Positions 8,947-19,722 of a DNA stretch of 64,000 nucleotides are shown here, piece by piece. The DNA is from an uncultured Microthrixaceae bacterium. Its GTDB lineage: Bacteria > Actinomycetota > Acidimicrobiia > Acidimicrobiales > VFJN01. The notes under the pieces are model-generated. The model saw nothing but the letters and a program-made list of their open reading frames with translations, was not told the origin of the DNA and made no database searches. Each line of letters begins with the position of its first letter. Within the stretch, counting starts at the first letter, position 1. The stretch is from positions 389,477 through 453,476 of the forward strand of contig CAVVRO010000005.1 of NCBI GenBank assembly GCA_963750645.1, in the 5' to 3' direction. Both the position numbers and the translations under genes were made by a program.

Positions 8947-9225
8947 TCAGCTCGGGAAGTCGCGGCACCAGCGCAGGTAGGTGACGAGCTCACCCGCCGC
9001 CGGACGTTGATCACCGGCACCGCCGTAGGCGGTCTCCATCCGGAAGCGGAGGTAGTCGGGCGCGGGCACGGGGAGGAACGGCCGCCGATGCCACCAGCCG
9101 GTCGGAGCCAGGCGGCGGGCCTGGCGCAGGCCCGTGGCCCACAGGGTGGGGTGCGGAAGGACGGCTCGCAGGGCCGCGATCGCCCAGCGGAGGCTCAGGG
9201 CCGCGCTGCCTGCTGGTCGCGCCAC
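8947..9225 (-). CDS. hypothetical small protein (92 aa)
   Basis: Third-position GC is very high in this frame. No recognisable domain. Its 5' end overlaps the acyl-CoA dehydrogenase stop by about 30 nt. Confidence 0.4.
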   Translation of the reverse strand: MARPAGSAALSLRWAIAALRAVLPHPTLWATGLRQARRLAPTGWWHRRPFLPVPAPDYLRFRMETAYGGAGDQRPAAGELVTYLRWCRDFPS

Positions 9226-10454
9226 GAGCCGGGGTCAGCGCCCCGGGGCTCCTTCGGGAGCCCCAGCACGAGCTCGCCGAGGATGTTCCGCTGGATCTCG
9301 CTCGACCCCGCGTAGATCGTCCCCGCCCGAGCGCTCAGGAACGTGCCGACCCAGCTGGCGCTGTCGTTGGGCGCGCCGGGCGAATCGGTCTGGAAGGACG
9401 ACGTCGGCCATCGACCGCTCGGCGTCATCGCGTCGGGACCGAGGATGTCGACGGCCAGCTCGGTGACCTTCTTGTGGTACTCGCTCCAGAAGAGCTTGAA
9501 CGTGCTGCTCTCGGGCCCGGGCTGGTGGCCTTGGAGGAACGCCGTCAGCGAGCGGAGGCCGAGGTAGCGCATGATCTCGACCTTGCTGTGGCACCACGCC
9601 AGACGCTGGCGGATGGCGGGATCAGCCGTCGCGCCGCGCTCTTCGGCCAGCGCCAGGAGGCGGTCCAGCTCGGCGCGGAACATCAGTGGGAAGGTGGCTG
9701 CAGCCTCCCCGCGCTCGTAGCCGAGGAGGGTCATCGCGACGGCCCAGCCACCGTTGACCTCTCCGACCACGTTCTCCTTGGGGCACCGCGCGCCCGTGAA
9801 GAAGACCTCGTTGAACTCGGACTCGCCCGAGATCATCTTGATCGGTCGCACCTCGACCCCGGGCTGGTCCATCGGGCACAGCAGGAAGGTGATCCCCTTG
9901 TGCTTGGCGGCGTCGGGGTCGGTGCGCGTGAGGACGAAGATCCAGTTGGCGAGGTGACCGGCCGAGGTCCAGATCTTCTGCCCGTCGATGATCCACTCGT
10001 CCCCGTCGAGGGTGGCGCGACAACCCAGGTTGCCGAGGTCCGAGCCTGCGTTCGGCTCTGAGTAGCCCTGGCACCAGATGTCCTCTCCCGAGAGGATCCG
10101 CGGGATGAAGTGACGCTTCTGCTCGTCGGTGCCCCACTGCAGGAGCGTGTTCCCGACCATCTGGATCGAGAACACGTCGTTCGTGCCGCCGGCCGGCACG
10201 CCCGCTCGGGTGAACTCCTCGGCGAGGATCACCTGCTCCATGGCCGTCAGCCCAGGTCCCCCGTACTCGGTCGGCCACGAGGACGCGAGGTAGCCGTGAT
10301 CTCGGAGCGTGTCCCGCCACCGTGTCGTGAACGCCTCGGCCTGCTCCCTGGCCAGGGCCCCGGTGCCCTTCCAGTCGGCGGGGAGGTGCTCGGCGAGGAA
10401 CGCCTGCACCTTCTCGCGGTACGCGTCGGCTTCGGAGGGGTACGTGGGATCCAT
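9195..10454 (-). CDS. acyl-CoA dehydrogenase family protein
   Basis: The true start is ATG at 10454 (MDPTYPSEADAYREKVQAFLAEH...); the track ORF is over-extended upstream. Motifs QGYSEPNAGSDL, DGQKIWTSAG, IYAGSSEIQRNILGE. Confidence 0.9.
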   Translation of the reverse strand: MDPTYPSEADAYREKVQAFLAEHLPADWKGTGALAREQAEAFTTRWRDTLRDHGYLASSWPTEYGGPGLTAMEQVILAEEFTRAGVPAGGTNDVFSIQMVGNTLLQWGTDEQKRHFIPRILSGEDIWCQGYSEPNAGSDLGNLGCRATLDGDEWIIDGQKIWTSAGHLANWIFVLTRTDPDAAKHKGITFLLCPMDQPGVEVRPIKMISGESEFNEVFFTGARCPKENVVGEVNGGWAVAMTLLGYERGEAAATFPLMFRAELDRLLALAEERGATADPAIRQRLAWCHSKVEIMRYLGLRSLTAFLQGHQPGPESSTFKLFWSEYHKKVTELAVDILGPDAMTPSGRWPTSSFQTDSPGAPNDSASWVGTFLSARAGTIYAGSSEIQRNILGELVLGLPKEPRGADPGSWRDQQAARP

Positions 10455-10465
10455 CGCCGGTGAGG

Positions 10466-11356
10466 CTACCGCTGCGGGTCTCCGGCGTCGGCGGCCAGGA
10501 TCTGGTGGCCGAGGGCGCTCCAGGCCACGGCCCCGGCACCGACCAGCGGGCCGTCCGCACCCAGTCCCGCCGGCCGGATCGTCGCTCCCCTGGCGAACTC
10601 GATGCGGGCCGTCCGATCGAGCTCCTGCTGAGCGGCCGTGAAGAAGTCGTCGCCGTAGCCCAGGGCCACGGAGCCCGCCACCAGCGCGAGCCGGAGGTCG
10701 AGGAGCGCCGCGATCGATCCCACGGCCTGACCGACCAGGCGACCGGCCCGGCGACGTTCCTCGAGCGGTGCATCGGCCGCGGGAGCTCCGGTCCGGTCGG
10801 CGATCGCGGTGCCCGACACCTCGGCCTCGAGGCAGCCGCGGCCGCCGCAGGCGCAGACGCGACCACCGGGCACGACCACGACGTGGCCGATGTGTCCGGC
10901 ATTGCCGTCCGCTCCGTCGAGGAGCCGGCCGTCGAGGACGATGCCTCCGCCGACGCCGGTCGACACCACCATGGCGACGAAGTGGCGCTGGCCGCGGGCG
11001 CCACCGCACCACCCCTCGCCCAGGGCGAGCGCCTTGGCGTCGTTGTCGACGTGCACGGGCAGGGCGAGGGCGTCCGCGAGCCGCCGACGGAGCGGGAACT
11101 CGTGCCACCCGGCGATGTTCAGGGGTGACACCTGCTCACCACCCCTCGTCATCGGACCGCCGGAGCCGACGCCGCACGCGACCTCCTCGCCGGCCCGCAC
11201 CTCGGCGGCGATGCCGAGCAGGGCCTCGAGCACGAGCTCACCGTCGGCGCCGCGGGGCGTGGGACAGGCGGCACGGGCCAGCACCGCCCCGTTCGCGCCC
11301 ACCACGCCGGCGGCGAGCTTGGTGCCCCCGACGTCGAGAGCCAGCACCGTGTCCAT
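10466..11356 (-). CDS. ROK family sugar kinase (glucokinase-like)
   Basis: 296 aa with LALDVGGTKLAAGVV, zinc motif CACGGRGCLE and GHIGHVVV. Confidence 0.88.
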   Translation of the reverse strand: MDTVLALDVGGTKLAAGVVGANGAVLARAACPTPRGADGELVLEALLGIAAEVRAGEEVACGVGSGGPMTRGGEQVSPLNIAGWHEFPLRRRLADALALPVHVDNDAKALALGEGWCGGARGQRHFVAMVVSTGVGGGIVLDGRLLDGADGNAGHIGHVVVVPGGRVCACGGRGCLEAEVSGTAIADRTGAPAADAPLEERRRAGRLVGQAVGSIAALLDLRLALVAGSVALGYGDDFFTAAQQELDRTARIEFARGATIRPAGLGADGPLVGAGAVAWSALGHQILAADAGDPQR

Positions 11357-11451
11357 GGGCCAGGGAACCTACAGCGGGATCCGCGGCGTCAGAGGAGCAC
11401 ATCTCGGCCTAGCCTGTCTCGGCCGCGCATCGACGAGTCGAGGAGTCCCAA

Positions 11452-12429
11452 GTGGCCATCAGCCAGCAGACCCCGGCCGAGTCAGCGACCACCGCCGATC
11501 ACCATCACGCCGTGCTGGCCAACATCGAGCAGGTCATCCAGGGCAAGCCCGACGTGATCGAGCTGGTGCTCCTCTGCCTGGTGTCCGAGGGCCACCTGCT
11601 GATCGAGGACGTGCCCGGCGTGGGCAAGACGAGCCTGGCCAAGGCGCTGGCGGCATCGATCGAGGGCACGTTCGGGCGCCTGCAGTTCACGCCCGACCTC
11701 CTGCCCACCGACGTGGTCGGCCTGACGGTCTGGAACCGCAACACGAGTGAGTTCGAGTTCCGCCCGGGTCCCGTCTTCGGCAACATCGTGCTCGCCGACG
11801 AGATCAACCGGGCGTCGCCGAAGACGCAGTCCGCCCTGCTCGAGGCCATGGCCGAGGCGCAGGTCACCGTCGACGGGACCACCTACCAGCTCGCCAGCCC
11901 GTTCATGGTCATCGCCACCCAGAACCCGATCGAGCACGAGGGCACGTACCCGCTGCCGGAGTCGCAGCTCGACCGCTTCCTGATGCGGGTCTCGGTCGGC
12001 TACCCGTCGAGCGAGAGCGAGCTGCAGATCCTCGACACCCATGGGGACCACGACGCCCTCGAGGACATCGGCGCCGTCATCACCGCCGCCGACGTCCGCG
12101 TCCTCAGCGATGCGGCCAAGGCCGTGCACGTCGCCCCGGCGCTGAAGTCGTACCTCGTCGAGCTGGCGAACGCGTCGCGCCGGCACCCGCACCTGGCGCT
12201 CGGCATGTCGCCCCGAGCCACCCTCGCGCTGCAGCGCGTGGCGCGGGCCCGGGCTGCCGCCGGCGGTCGCACCTACGTGGTGCCCGACGACCTCAAGGCC
12301 CTCGCCGAGCCGGTGCTCGCGCATCGCCTCCTCATCACCCCCGAAGCGCAGCTCCAAGGCATCTCGGCGGGCGACGCGCTGACCGAGGTGCTGCGAAGCG
12401 TCCCGATCCCCTCCGGCAAGGCGCGGTGA
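11452..12429 (+). CDS. MoxR-family AAA+ ATPase
   Basis: 325 aa, GTG start preceded by GAGGAG. Walker A LIEDVPGVGKTSLAKALA and Walker B ILLADEINRASPKTQSALLEAM. Confidence 0.92.
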   Translation: MAISQQTPAESATTADHHHAVLANIEQVIQGKPDVIELVLLCLVSEGHLLIEDVPGVGKTSLAKALAASIEGTFGRLQFTPDLLPTDVVGLTVWNRNTSEFEFRPGPVFGNIVLADEINRASPKTQSALLEAMAEAQVTVDGTTYQLASPFMVIATQNPIEHEGTYPLPESQLDRFLMRVSVGYPSSESELQILDTHGDHDALEDIGAVITAADVRVLSDAAKAVHVAPALKSYLVELANASRRHPHLALGMSPRATLALQRVARARAAAGGRTYVVPDDLKALAEPVLAHRLLITPEAQLQGISAGDALTEVLRSVPIPSGKAR

Positions 12430-12436
12430 GCCCCAC

Positions 12437-13642
12437 TTGCTGACCCGGCAGGGGTGGCTCGTCGGCGTCGGGGCCGGTGCGCTGGTCCTCATGGGGCGCG
12501 TGCTCGGCCTCGTCGAGCTCTTCGCCCTCGGCATCGTCGCCGCCGCACTCCTGGTCGGCTCCGCGCTCCTCGTCAGCGCGGCTCGCCTCGAGCTCGAGGT
12601 GGGGCGCACGGTCCACCCCGCCCGCGTCCACGTGGGCACCGCCAGCCGGGTCGACCTCACGATCCGCAACCTGCGCGACGCTGGCACGCCGGTGCTCCGC
12701 CTGCGCGATCCCGTGTCGGGCACGCGCGGCGCCGACCTGCTCGTCCCCCCGCTCGGGCGGGGGGAGCGGACCGTGGCGGCCTACCGCCTCCCCACCGATC
12801 GCCGAGGCCTGGTGCACATCGGCCCCCTCCAGGTGGTGGTGGGCGATCCGTTCGGCCTGACGAGCCTGGCCACGGTCGCTGCACCCACGGTCGCGCTCAC
12901 CGTCTACCCCCACATCGACCAGATCGACCCGCTGCCCTACACGACGGGACACGACCCGCTCGCCGGCGCTCGTCAGCCGAACTCGCTGGGCCGCACCGGC
13001 GAGGACTTCTACGCACTCCGCCCCTACCTCGTGGGCGACGACCTCCGCCGCATCCACTGGCCCTCGTCGGCTCGCCACGACGAGCTCCTCGTCCGCCAGA
13101 ACGAGCTGCCCTGGCAGGGCCGCACCACCGTGCTGCTCGACGTCCGCAAAGCCGCCCACGCCGGCGACTCGCTCGAGGTCGCCGTGTCGGCCGCCGCGAG
13201 CATCGTCGCCGCGACTGCGCGACGGAACGACTTGATCCGCCTCGTCACCACCGCCGGCACCGACTCCGACTTCGCTCCCGGTTCCGACCACGTCGAGGCG
13301 ATCATGGAGCACCTCGCCGTGGTACCTGCTTCGCCCACGGGCAGCTTGCGTCGCTCGATCGAGATGCTGGGGCGCCGGTCGACCGGCGGTGCGCTCGTCG
13401 TGCTCGTCGCCGAGGTGCCGACCGACGACGTGCGGGCCACGGTGCACCTGAAGAGCCGCTACGGCTCCCTCACGATCGTCCACATCGACCGCTCGGCCTG
13501 GGATCCCGGTGCGGCCGTCGGACCTCCGCCCGACGTCCCGGTGCTGCGCGTCACGCGCGACCACCCCTTCGCCACCGCGTGGAACGCCCACGTGCGGACC
13601 TCCACCCGACGCGGACGGGCGACGGTCGGAGCGACGCGGTGA
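12437..13642 (+). CDS. DUF58 domain protein (MoxR partner)
   Basis: 401 aa, TTG start, N-terminal TM pair, GEDFYALRPYLVGDDLRRIHW motif. Positioned after moxR. Confidence 0.85.
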   Translation: MLTRQGWLVGVGAGALVLMGRVLGLVELFALGIVAAALLVGSALLVSAARLELEVGRTVHPARVHVGTASRVDLTIRNLRDAGTPVLRLRDPVSGTRGADLLVPPLGRGERTVAAYRLPTDRRGLVHIGPLQVVVGDPFGLTSLATVAAPTVALTVYPHIDQIDPLPYTTGHDPLAGARQPNSLGRTGEDFYALRPYLVGDDLRRIHWPSSARHDELLVRQNELPWQGRTTVLLDVRKAAHAGDSLEVAVSAAASIVAATARRNDLIRLVTTAGTDSDFAPGSDHVEAIMEHLAVVPASPTGSLRRSIEMLGRRSTGGALVVLVAEVPTDDVRATVHLKSRYGSLTIVHIDRSAWDPGAAVGPPPDVPVLRVTRDHPFATAWNAHVRTSTRRGRATVGATR

Positions 13643-16004
13643 CCGCGCGGCGACCGCTGACGCTCGCGGCCGAGGCACTGCTCCTCGCGGTCACCCTCGC
13701 GGCCGTGCTCGGCATGGCTCGCCTCTTCGACGGCGGTGGCTGGCTGGGGCCGCTGGCCGCCAACGCCGTCGCCGCCCACCTGGCTGCCGGGGCGATGCGA
13801 CGCCGCGGCCTGTCGTTGCCGGTCGCGGCCGTGCTGATGGCGATCGGCGCAGCCATCTTCGTCACCTGGACGTCCTACTGGTCCACCACGATGGCCGGGC
13901 TGCCCACGGGCACCACCTGGTCGGCGATGCGCCTCGACCTCGGCGACGCATGGGTGCTCTACCAGGACGTCCGCCGCGCCCGCGCCAGTCGCGCGCGGGT
14001 TCGTCCTCGCGAGCTGCCTCGCGCTCTGGCTGATCGCGTACGTGGCCGACTGGGCCGCGTTCCGGCTGTGGGTGCCCTTCGAGGCCACCCTCCCGGCCAG
14101 CACCCTGTTCTTGTTCACTGCGCTGCTCGGCGCGCCGCGAGGGCGCGGCTGGGCGGTGGCGCTGTACGCGGCGGCGCTCCTCTCCTTCCTCCTCGTGCAC
14201 CGCATGGCGAGGCAGGACAGCACCGCCCACTGGGTGGCCGACCGCCGCTCGCTCGGCAACCGCTCGCTGCTCACGGCGGGCGTCGGGTTGGGTGTCGTGG
14301 CCGTGTTGGCGGGCACGCTCATCGGACCGGCGGTTCCGGGCGCCAGCTCCCCCGGCATCCTGGACCCACGCTCCCTCCGGGGCGATCACGCCGCGGGTCA
14401 CGGTGAGCCCCCTCGTCGACATCCGCTCCCGCCTCGTCGACCAGCGCGCCGTCGAGGTGTTCACGGTGCGCAGCCCTGAGCGCTCCTACTGGCGCCTCAC
14501 GTCGCTGGAGGAGTTCGACGGCACCATCTGGTCGTCGAGCGGCAGCTTCGGGGCGGCGGACGGTGCGCTGCCCGAGGCCATCGAGGCCGACGTGGCCACC
14601 TCGACCTTCGAGCAGTCGTTCACGATCTCAGCCCTCGCCGCCATCTGGCTGCCCGCCGCCTACGAACCGCGTGCCCTGAGCGCGCCAGGCGCGAAGGTGC
14701 GCTACGACGAAGAGTCCGCCACCCTCATCGTCGACAACGGCATCACGAGCAGTGACGGCATCACCTACCGAGTCACGTCGGCCTCGCCCCGCATCACCCC
14801 GGACGACCTCAGCGGCGGGGAGCAGGACCTCCCCGCCGACATCCGTGATCGCTTCCTCGCTCTGCCCGACGGGTTCAGCCCGAGGGTGCGCGAGCTGGCC
14901 CAGGAGATCACCGCCGACGCCACCACCCCAGCCGAGCAGGCGCGCGCCCTGCAGGACCACCTCCGCACATTCACCTACTCGCTCGAGGTCCAGCGCGGGC
15001 ACAGCGAGAACGCGCTGGAGAGCTTCCTGTTCACGACGCAGACCGGGTACTGCGAGCAGTTCGCGGGCGCCTTCGCGGCCATGGCCCGCTCGATCGGCCT
15101 GCCGGCGAGGGTTGCGGTGGGGTTCACCCCTGGCGACGAGGATCCTGACGAGCCCGGGCTCTACCACGTGCGCGGCGAGTACGCCCACGCCTGGCCCGAG
15201 GTCTTCGTCCCGGGGGCCGGTTGGGTGCTCTACGAGCCGACGCCCGGTCGCGGTGCGCCCAACGCCGAGAGCTACACCGGCGTGCCAGAGCAGCAGGCCG
15301 TCGCCGGCGACCCGGTGGGCTCGGTGACGGTGCCCAGCACGGCCACCACGGAAGCGATCCCCTCGGGGACGCCGACCAGCCTCGGCGGGCGCAGTCCCGA
15401 GCTCGAAGCCACCGGCGCCACCACCGACCCCATCGGCGGCTCCTCCGACTCCGTGCCGACGCGCTACCTCACGAAGCCGATCGCCCAGGCCGCGCCAGTC
15501 GTCGCCCTCCTCGTCGTCGGCTACGCGCTCCTCTACCCGCTCGGCCTGCTCCTCGGGCGCAGCATCCGGCGACGGCGGGCGGACACGCCGTCGGCTCAGA
15601 TCGAGCTCGCGTGGACGGAGACGGTCGAGGACGCGGCGCTCGTGGGCTACGTGGAGCGGGCGAGCGACACCTACTTCGAGCGCGCCCACAACCTGGTGGC
15701 CGCGCTCGGCGAGGCCGAGCCCGCCGCCTTCACGCTGGCCCGCTGCCGCGAGGCCGCGGCGTACTCAGCGGAGGGCGCCAGCGCCGACGACGCGAGCGTG
15801 GCCCTCGCCGCGGCCGAGGAGCTCCGAGCGGTGGCGAAGGAGCACACCCCGAGGCTGGCGCGGATCCGTCCCTGGTTCGACCCGCGCTCGCTCGTTCGCG
15901 GTTGGCGCCGGGGCCACACCGCCCGGCAGCGACGCATCACCCTCACCGCGCGCGGCGACCTCGAGCAGGAGCGCGAGCTCGTGGGGAGCGCGGATCGGGG
16001 CTGA
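13639..16004 (+). pseudogene. transglutaminase-like membrane protein (TgpA-type), frame broken twice (about 13.97 kb and 14.38 kb)
   Basis: GTG 13639 overlaps the DUF58 stop (GTGA). Three consecutive frames carry the TM region (VTARRPLTLAAEALLL...; ...FVLASCLALWLIAYVADWAAFRLW...; ...ITPRVTVSPLVDIRSRL...). Catalytic core TQTGYCEQFAGAFAAMARSIGLPARV. The span is 3n+2. Confidence 0.85.
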
Positions 16005-16015
16005 CGCCCCTCCGG

Positions 16016-16396
16016 CTACTCCTCGTCGGCGTTGCGGAACCGCTCGCGCATGCGGCCGCGTGCGCCACCGATGGCGTCGCGGAAGCCGGCGGCCTTGATG
16101 GAGCGCGTGACCTGCTCGAGCCCCGCCTTGCCGAGCTTGCGCAGGTTGCGCTCGAAGTAGAGGGCGCAGGCGAGCATCGCGAGGAAGCCGCCGAAGGCGA
16201 GCAGGTAGCTCGTGGAGAGCGTCGCGACGAGGAAGACGACGCCGGCGACGAACCCGAAGCCCGACCACTTCATCCGACGCACGGTGTGCGTGTACAGCGT
16301 GGTCTCCCCGACCTCCCGCGCGAACTCGGGGTCGTCGGCGTAGAACTGCTGCGCGATCTCGTGGAGGATGCGTTCTTCGTCCTCGGAAAGCGGCAC
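16016..16396 (-). CDS. DUF3040 family membrane protein
   Basis: Probable GTG start at 16396 preceded by GGGGAGG. VPLSEDEERILHEIAQQFYADDPEF followed by two TM helices. Confidence 0.8.
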   Translation of the reverse strand: MPLSEDEERILHEIAQQFYADDPEFAREVGETTLYTHTVRRMKWSGFGFVAGVVFLVATLSTSYLLAFGGFLAMLACALYFERNLRKLGKAGLEQVTRSIKAAGFRDAIGGARGRMRERFRNADEE

Positions 16397-16452
16397 GCTG
16401 CCTCCCCTCTGCCGGTGGGCCGTTCCCTCATCTTTCCACAGGCCCTGGACGT

Positions 16453-17721
16453 CTACAACGCGGTGCGATCGGTGGGGCCCCACTGCTGATCACCCCGCTT
16501 CTTGACTCGGATGCCGTCCGGCCCCGCCAGCGAGGCGGGCACGATGGCATCGGCGCCGTAGCGCGCCCGGATGGCGTCGATCGCCCCGGTGGCGTCGTCC
16601 CAGGACGGAGCCTCCACATCGTCGAGGCTCAGCTGTCGAACCGACCCCTCCGTCAGCTGGCTGACGTGGACGCCCAGGAGCCGCACCCCGGGCGTGGGGT
16701 CGATCAGCGTCAGCAGCTCCGATGCCGCCCGCACGACGTCGGGCCCCGTGTCCACGGCGGATCGGAGCGTCGTCGACCGGGTGATCGTGCGGAAGTCGTG
16801 GAACCGCACCTTGATCGTGATCGTGCGTCCCGCCACACCCGCGCCTCGAAGGCGGGCGGCCACCGAGTCAGCCGAGGCGCACCAGCTGCGTGTTGGAGGG
16901 TGTCGAGGCTGTGGTGGTCGCGGGCGAAGGTCTCCTCGTGGCCGATCGACTTGGCCCGTTGCTGCGGCACGACGTCGCGGTCGTCGAAGCCCGTCGACCA
17001 GGCGCCGCAGGTGCGCGCCGTTGGCCGCGCCCAAGGCGGCGATGGCGGCCCGCTCGTCGAGGCTCGCCAGGTCGGCGATCGTGTCGACCCCGAGGCGATG
17101 GAGCTTCTCGAGCGTCTCGGGTCCGACCCCCCACAGCGCCTGCACCGGCAGCGGGTGGAGGAAGGCGAGCACCTCGTGCGCCTTCACCACCTTGACCCCC
17201 AGCCCGGGTTCCGGACCGCGGCGCCCGATCCGCGGCTTGGCGGCCTCGGAGGCCAGCTTGGCGACGAACTTGGAGGGGGCGACCCCGACCGAGCAGGTGA
17301 GGCCCTCCTCGCTCGAGCACCGCGCCCCCGGATCTTGACGCCGATCGTCGGGCCGTCGCCGTGAAGGCGCCGGGCGCCCGACACGTCGAGGAAGGCCTCG
17401 TCGAGGGAGATCGCCTCCACCAGGGGGGTGAACGACGTGAAGATGGCCATGACCCGCTGGCTGATCTCGCCGTAGTGGTCGTGATCGACCGGCCACGAAC
17501 ACCGCGTGCGGGCAGAGCCGTTGCGCCTGGATCGAGGGCATGGCCGAGTGGATGCCGTACACCCGCGCCTCGTAGCTCGCCGCCGCAACGACGCCCCGAG
17601 CGCCGGGAGCCCCCACGATCACGGGCCGGCCGCGCAGCGCCGGGTTCCGGAGCTGTTCGACCGACGCGTAGAACGCGTCCATGTCGACGTGGAGGATCGT
17701 GCGGTGTGATCGGCCCGTCAC
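16453..17721 (-). pseudogene. dinB: DNA polymerase IV (DinB), conserved blocks scattered over all three frames (at least 5, probably 6 single-base shifts)
   Basis: GTG 17721 overlaps the NUDIX stop (GTGA). ILHVDMDAFYASVEQ and [13 protein letters not shown] are in one frame. [32 protein letters not shown] and QRAKSIGHEETF are in another. The tail ...VRFHDFRTITRS... returns to the first. Confidence 0.85.
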
Positions 17722-18215
17722 GGCTCCGCTCGCGTGACGACCACCTCGTCCGGGAGCGAGCCGGCCACGTGGAAGCCGTACGGACGCATGTCGCCGTGGG
17801 GCCACTGCTCGGCGAGCCACTCGCCGAGTGGCTCGCACACCCAGGGCTGGCCTCCCTGGACCATCGTCCCGCAGGTGTCGACGTCGACGAAACGGGCGTC
17901 GACGACGATGCCGTCGGGATCGTCCACGTGGAGCTCCCCCTCGTAGGCGACCGCGAAGTGGGCCTCGACCCGCAACCGCCATCCCATGTCGGGTGCCTCG
18001 CAGCGCACCTCGTAGACCGGCCCGGACCACTCGGTGACGAGCAGCCCGGTCTCCTCCTGGACCTCGCGCGTGAGCCCCTCGAGGACACTCTCGCCCTCGT
18101 CGATCACGCCCCCGGGCGGCGTCCAGTCGTGGCTGCCGTTGCGGCGGCGGTTCTGCACGAGCAGGACCCCCTCGTCGCTCAGGATGAGCGCACCGCCGAC
18201 GACCCAGTCACGCAT
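17718..18215 (-). CDS. NUDIX hydrolase
   Basis: ATG 18215 preceded by GAGGA. Nudix box GGVIDEGESVLEGLTREVQEETGL. Confidence 0.88.
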   Translation of the reverse strand: MRDWVVGGALILSDEGVLLVQNRRRNGSHDWTPPGGVIDEGESVLEGLTREVQEETGLLVTEWSGPVYEVRCEAPDMGWRLRVEAHFAVAYEGELHVDDPDGIVVDARFVDVDTCGTMVQGGQPWVCEPLGEWLAEQWPHGDMRPYGFHVAGSLPDEVVVTRAEP

Positions 18216-18237
18216 GCCCCCATCCTCGCGCGATGGT

Positions 18238-18714
18238 GTGCGGGTGCATCCGAACGCGGCCCGGGTCGCCGACGCCGCCGCCGCCCTCGGTCTGACCATC
18301 GACCTCCGCGAGTTCCCCGAGGGGACGCGCACCGCAGAGGACGCGGCGCGGGCCATCGGCGTCGAGGTCGGCCAGATCGTGAAGTCCCTGGTCTTCACAT
18401 TGGACGGCCGCGTGGTGATGGCGCTGGTGTCCGGGCGCAACCGACTCGACGAGGACCGCCTGGCCGCCACGCTGGGCGGCGCCGAGGTCGGGCGGGCCGA
18501 CGCCGACGGCGTGCGCGAGGCGACCGGCTACGCCATCGGGGGTGTGCCCCCGTTCGGGCACCCCACCGTCCTCCCGACGGCCATCGACGAGGACCTGCTC
18601 GACTACCACGAGGTGTGGGCAGCCGCCGGCACCCCACGTGACGTGTTCGCGATCTCCCCCGCCGATCTGGTGCGGCTCACCAGCGGCACCGTCGCCGCCC
18701 TGCGCGCCGAGTAG
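18238..18714 (+). CDS. YbaK/EbsC-type aminoacyl-tRNA deacylase domain protein
   Basis: ...IVKSLVFTLDGRVVMALVSGRNRLD...ATGYAIGGVPPFGH... The start is uncertain (GTG 18238 or ATG 18214). Confidence 0.75.
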   Translation: MRVHPNAARVADAAAALGLTIDLREFPEGTRTAEDAARAIGVEVGQIVKSLVFTLDGRVVMALVSGRNRLDEDRLAATLGGAEVGRADADGVREATGYAIGGVPPFGHPTVLPTAIDEDLLDYHEVWAAAGTPRDVFAISPADLVRLTSGTVAALRAE

Positions 18715-19653
18715 CTACTTGAGGCGGAGGCGGACCCGGCGCACGCCGTGGTCGACCGCCTTCTCGAGCACGAGGTCGGCGCGCATGCGGCTGGGGAGGA
18801 TGTTCTCGCGCAGGTTGGGACGGTTGATGGACGTCCAGATGCTGCGAGCGGTCGCCTCGAGCTCCTCGTCGGAGAACGAGGCGAAGTGGCGGAAGAAGGA
18901 GGTCTCGTCGCTGAACGCCGTCTCGCGCAGGGCGAAGAACCGGTCGACGTACCACTGCTCGATGTCGGCCTCGTCCGCGTCGACGTAGACGGAGAAGTCG
19001 AACCAGTCGGACACGAACCGGGCGTCGGCGCCGGCCGAGACGCCTGTCTGCAGCACGTTGAGTCCCTCGAGGATGACGATGTCGGGCTCTCGCAGCACCT
19101 GCTCCTCACCGGCCACGATGTCGTACACGACGTGCGAGTACACGGGTGCGCGCACCACGGGCTCGCCACGCTTGACCTCCTCGAGGAACCGCATGAGCCG
19201 CCGGACGTCGTAGCTCTCGGGGAATCCCTTGCGATCCATGATCCCGCGCTCCTCGAGCACCGAGTTGGGGCGGAGGAACCCGTCGGTGGTGACGAGCTCG
19301 ACGTTCGGGTGATCCGGCCAACGGGCCAGCAGCGCCTGCAGCACCCGGGCGGTGGTGCTCTTGCCCACGGCCACGCTGCCGCCCAGGCCGATGATGAACG
19401 GGGCTCGCTGGTGGGGTCGGCCCAGGAAGGTGTCGGTCGTCTGCTGCAGCACCTGGGTGGCCGCCACACGCAGGTTCAGCAGTCGGGACAGCGGGAGGTA
19501 GACGTCGCTCACCTCGTTCAGATCGAGCTTGTCGTTCAGGCCCCGAAGCACCTCGAGCTCAGCCGCGTCGAGCGGCAGTGGCGTCGCGAGCCGCAGCCTC
19601 GACCACTCGTCACGGTCGAAGGTGCGATACCCCGTCCAGGTCGGGTCGGTCAC
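18715..19653 (-). CDS. coaA: type I pantothenate kinase
   Basis: 312 aa, GTG start. P-loop [19 protein letters not shown], then ...TTDGFL...RKGFPESYD... Confidence 0.93.
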   Translation of the reverse strand: MTDPTWTGYRTFDRDEWSRLRLATPLPLDAAELEVLRGLNDKLDLNEVSDVYLPLSRLLNLRVAATQVLQQTTDTFLGRPHQRAPFIIGLGGSVAVGKSTTARVLQALLARWPDHPNVELVTTDGFLRPNSVLEERGIMDRKGFPESYDVRRLMRFLEEVKRGEPVVRAPVYSHVVYDIVAGEEQVLREPDIVILEGLNVLQTGVSAGADARFVSDWFDFSVYVDADEADIEQWYVDRFFALRETAFSDETSFFRHFASFSDEELEATARSIWTSINRPNLRENILPSRMRADLVLEKAVDHGVRRVRLRLK

Positions 19654-19722
19654 GGGCCGTCACGCTAGGCGTGGGTTCGCGCTTCGCCCCAACCTCCCGA
19701 CGCTCCCTACGCTGACCGTCGG

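Noticed and set aside
11452-16004. MoxR-DUF58-transglutaminase as a novel system
   Set aside because: This three-gene arrangement is widespread and already recognised in Actinomycetota. Only the frame breaks in the third gene are unusual.
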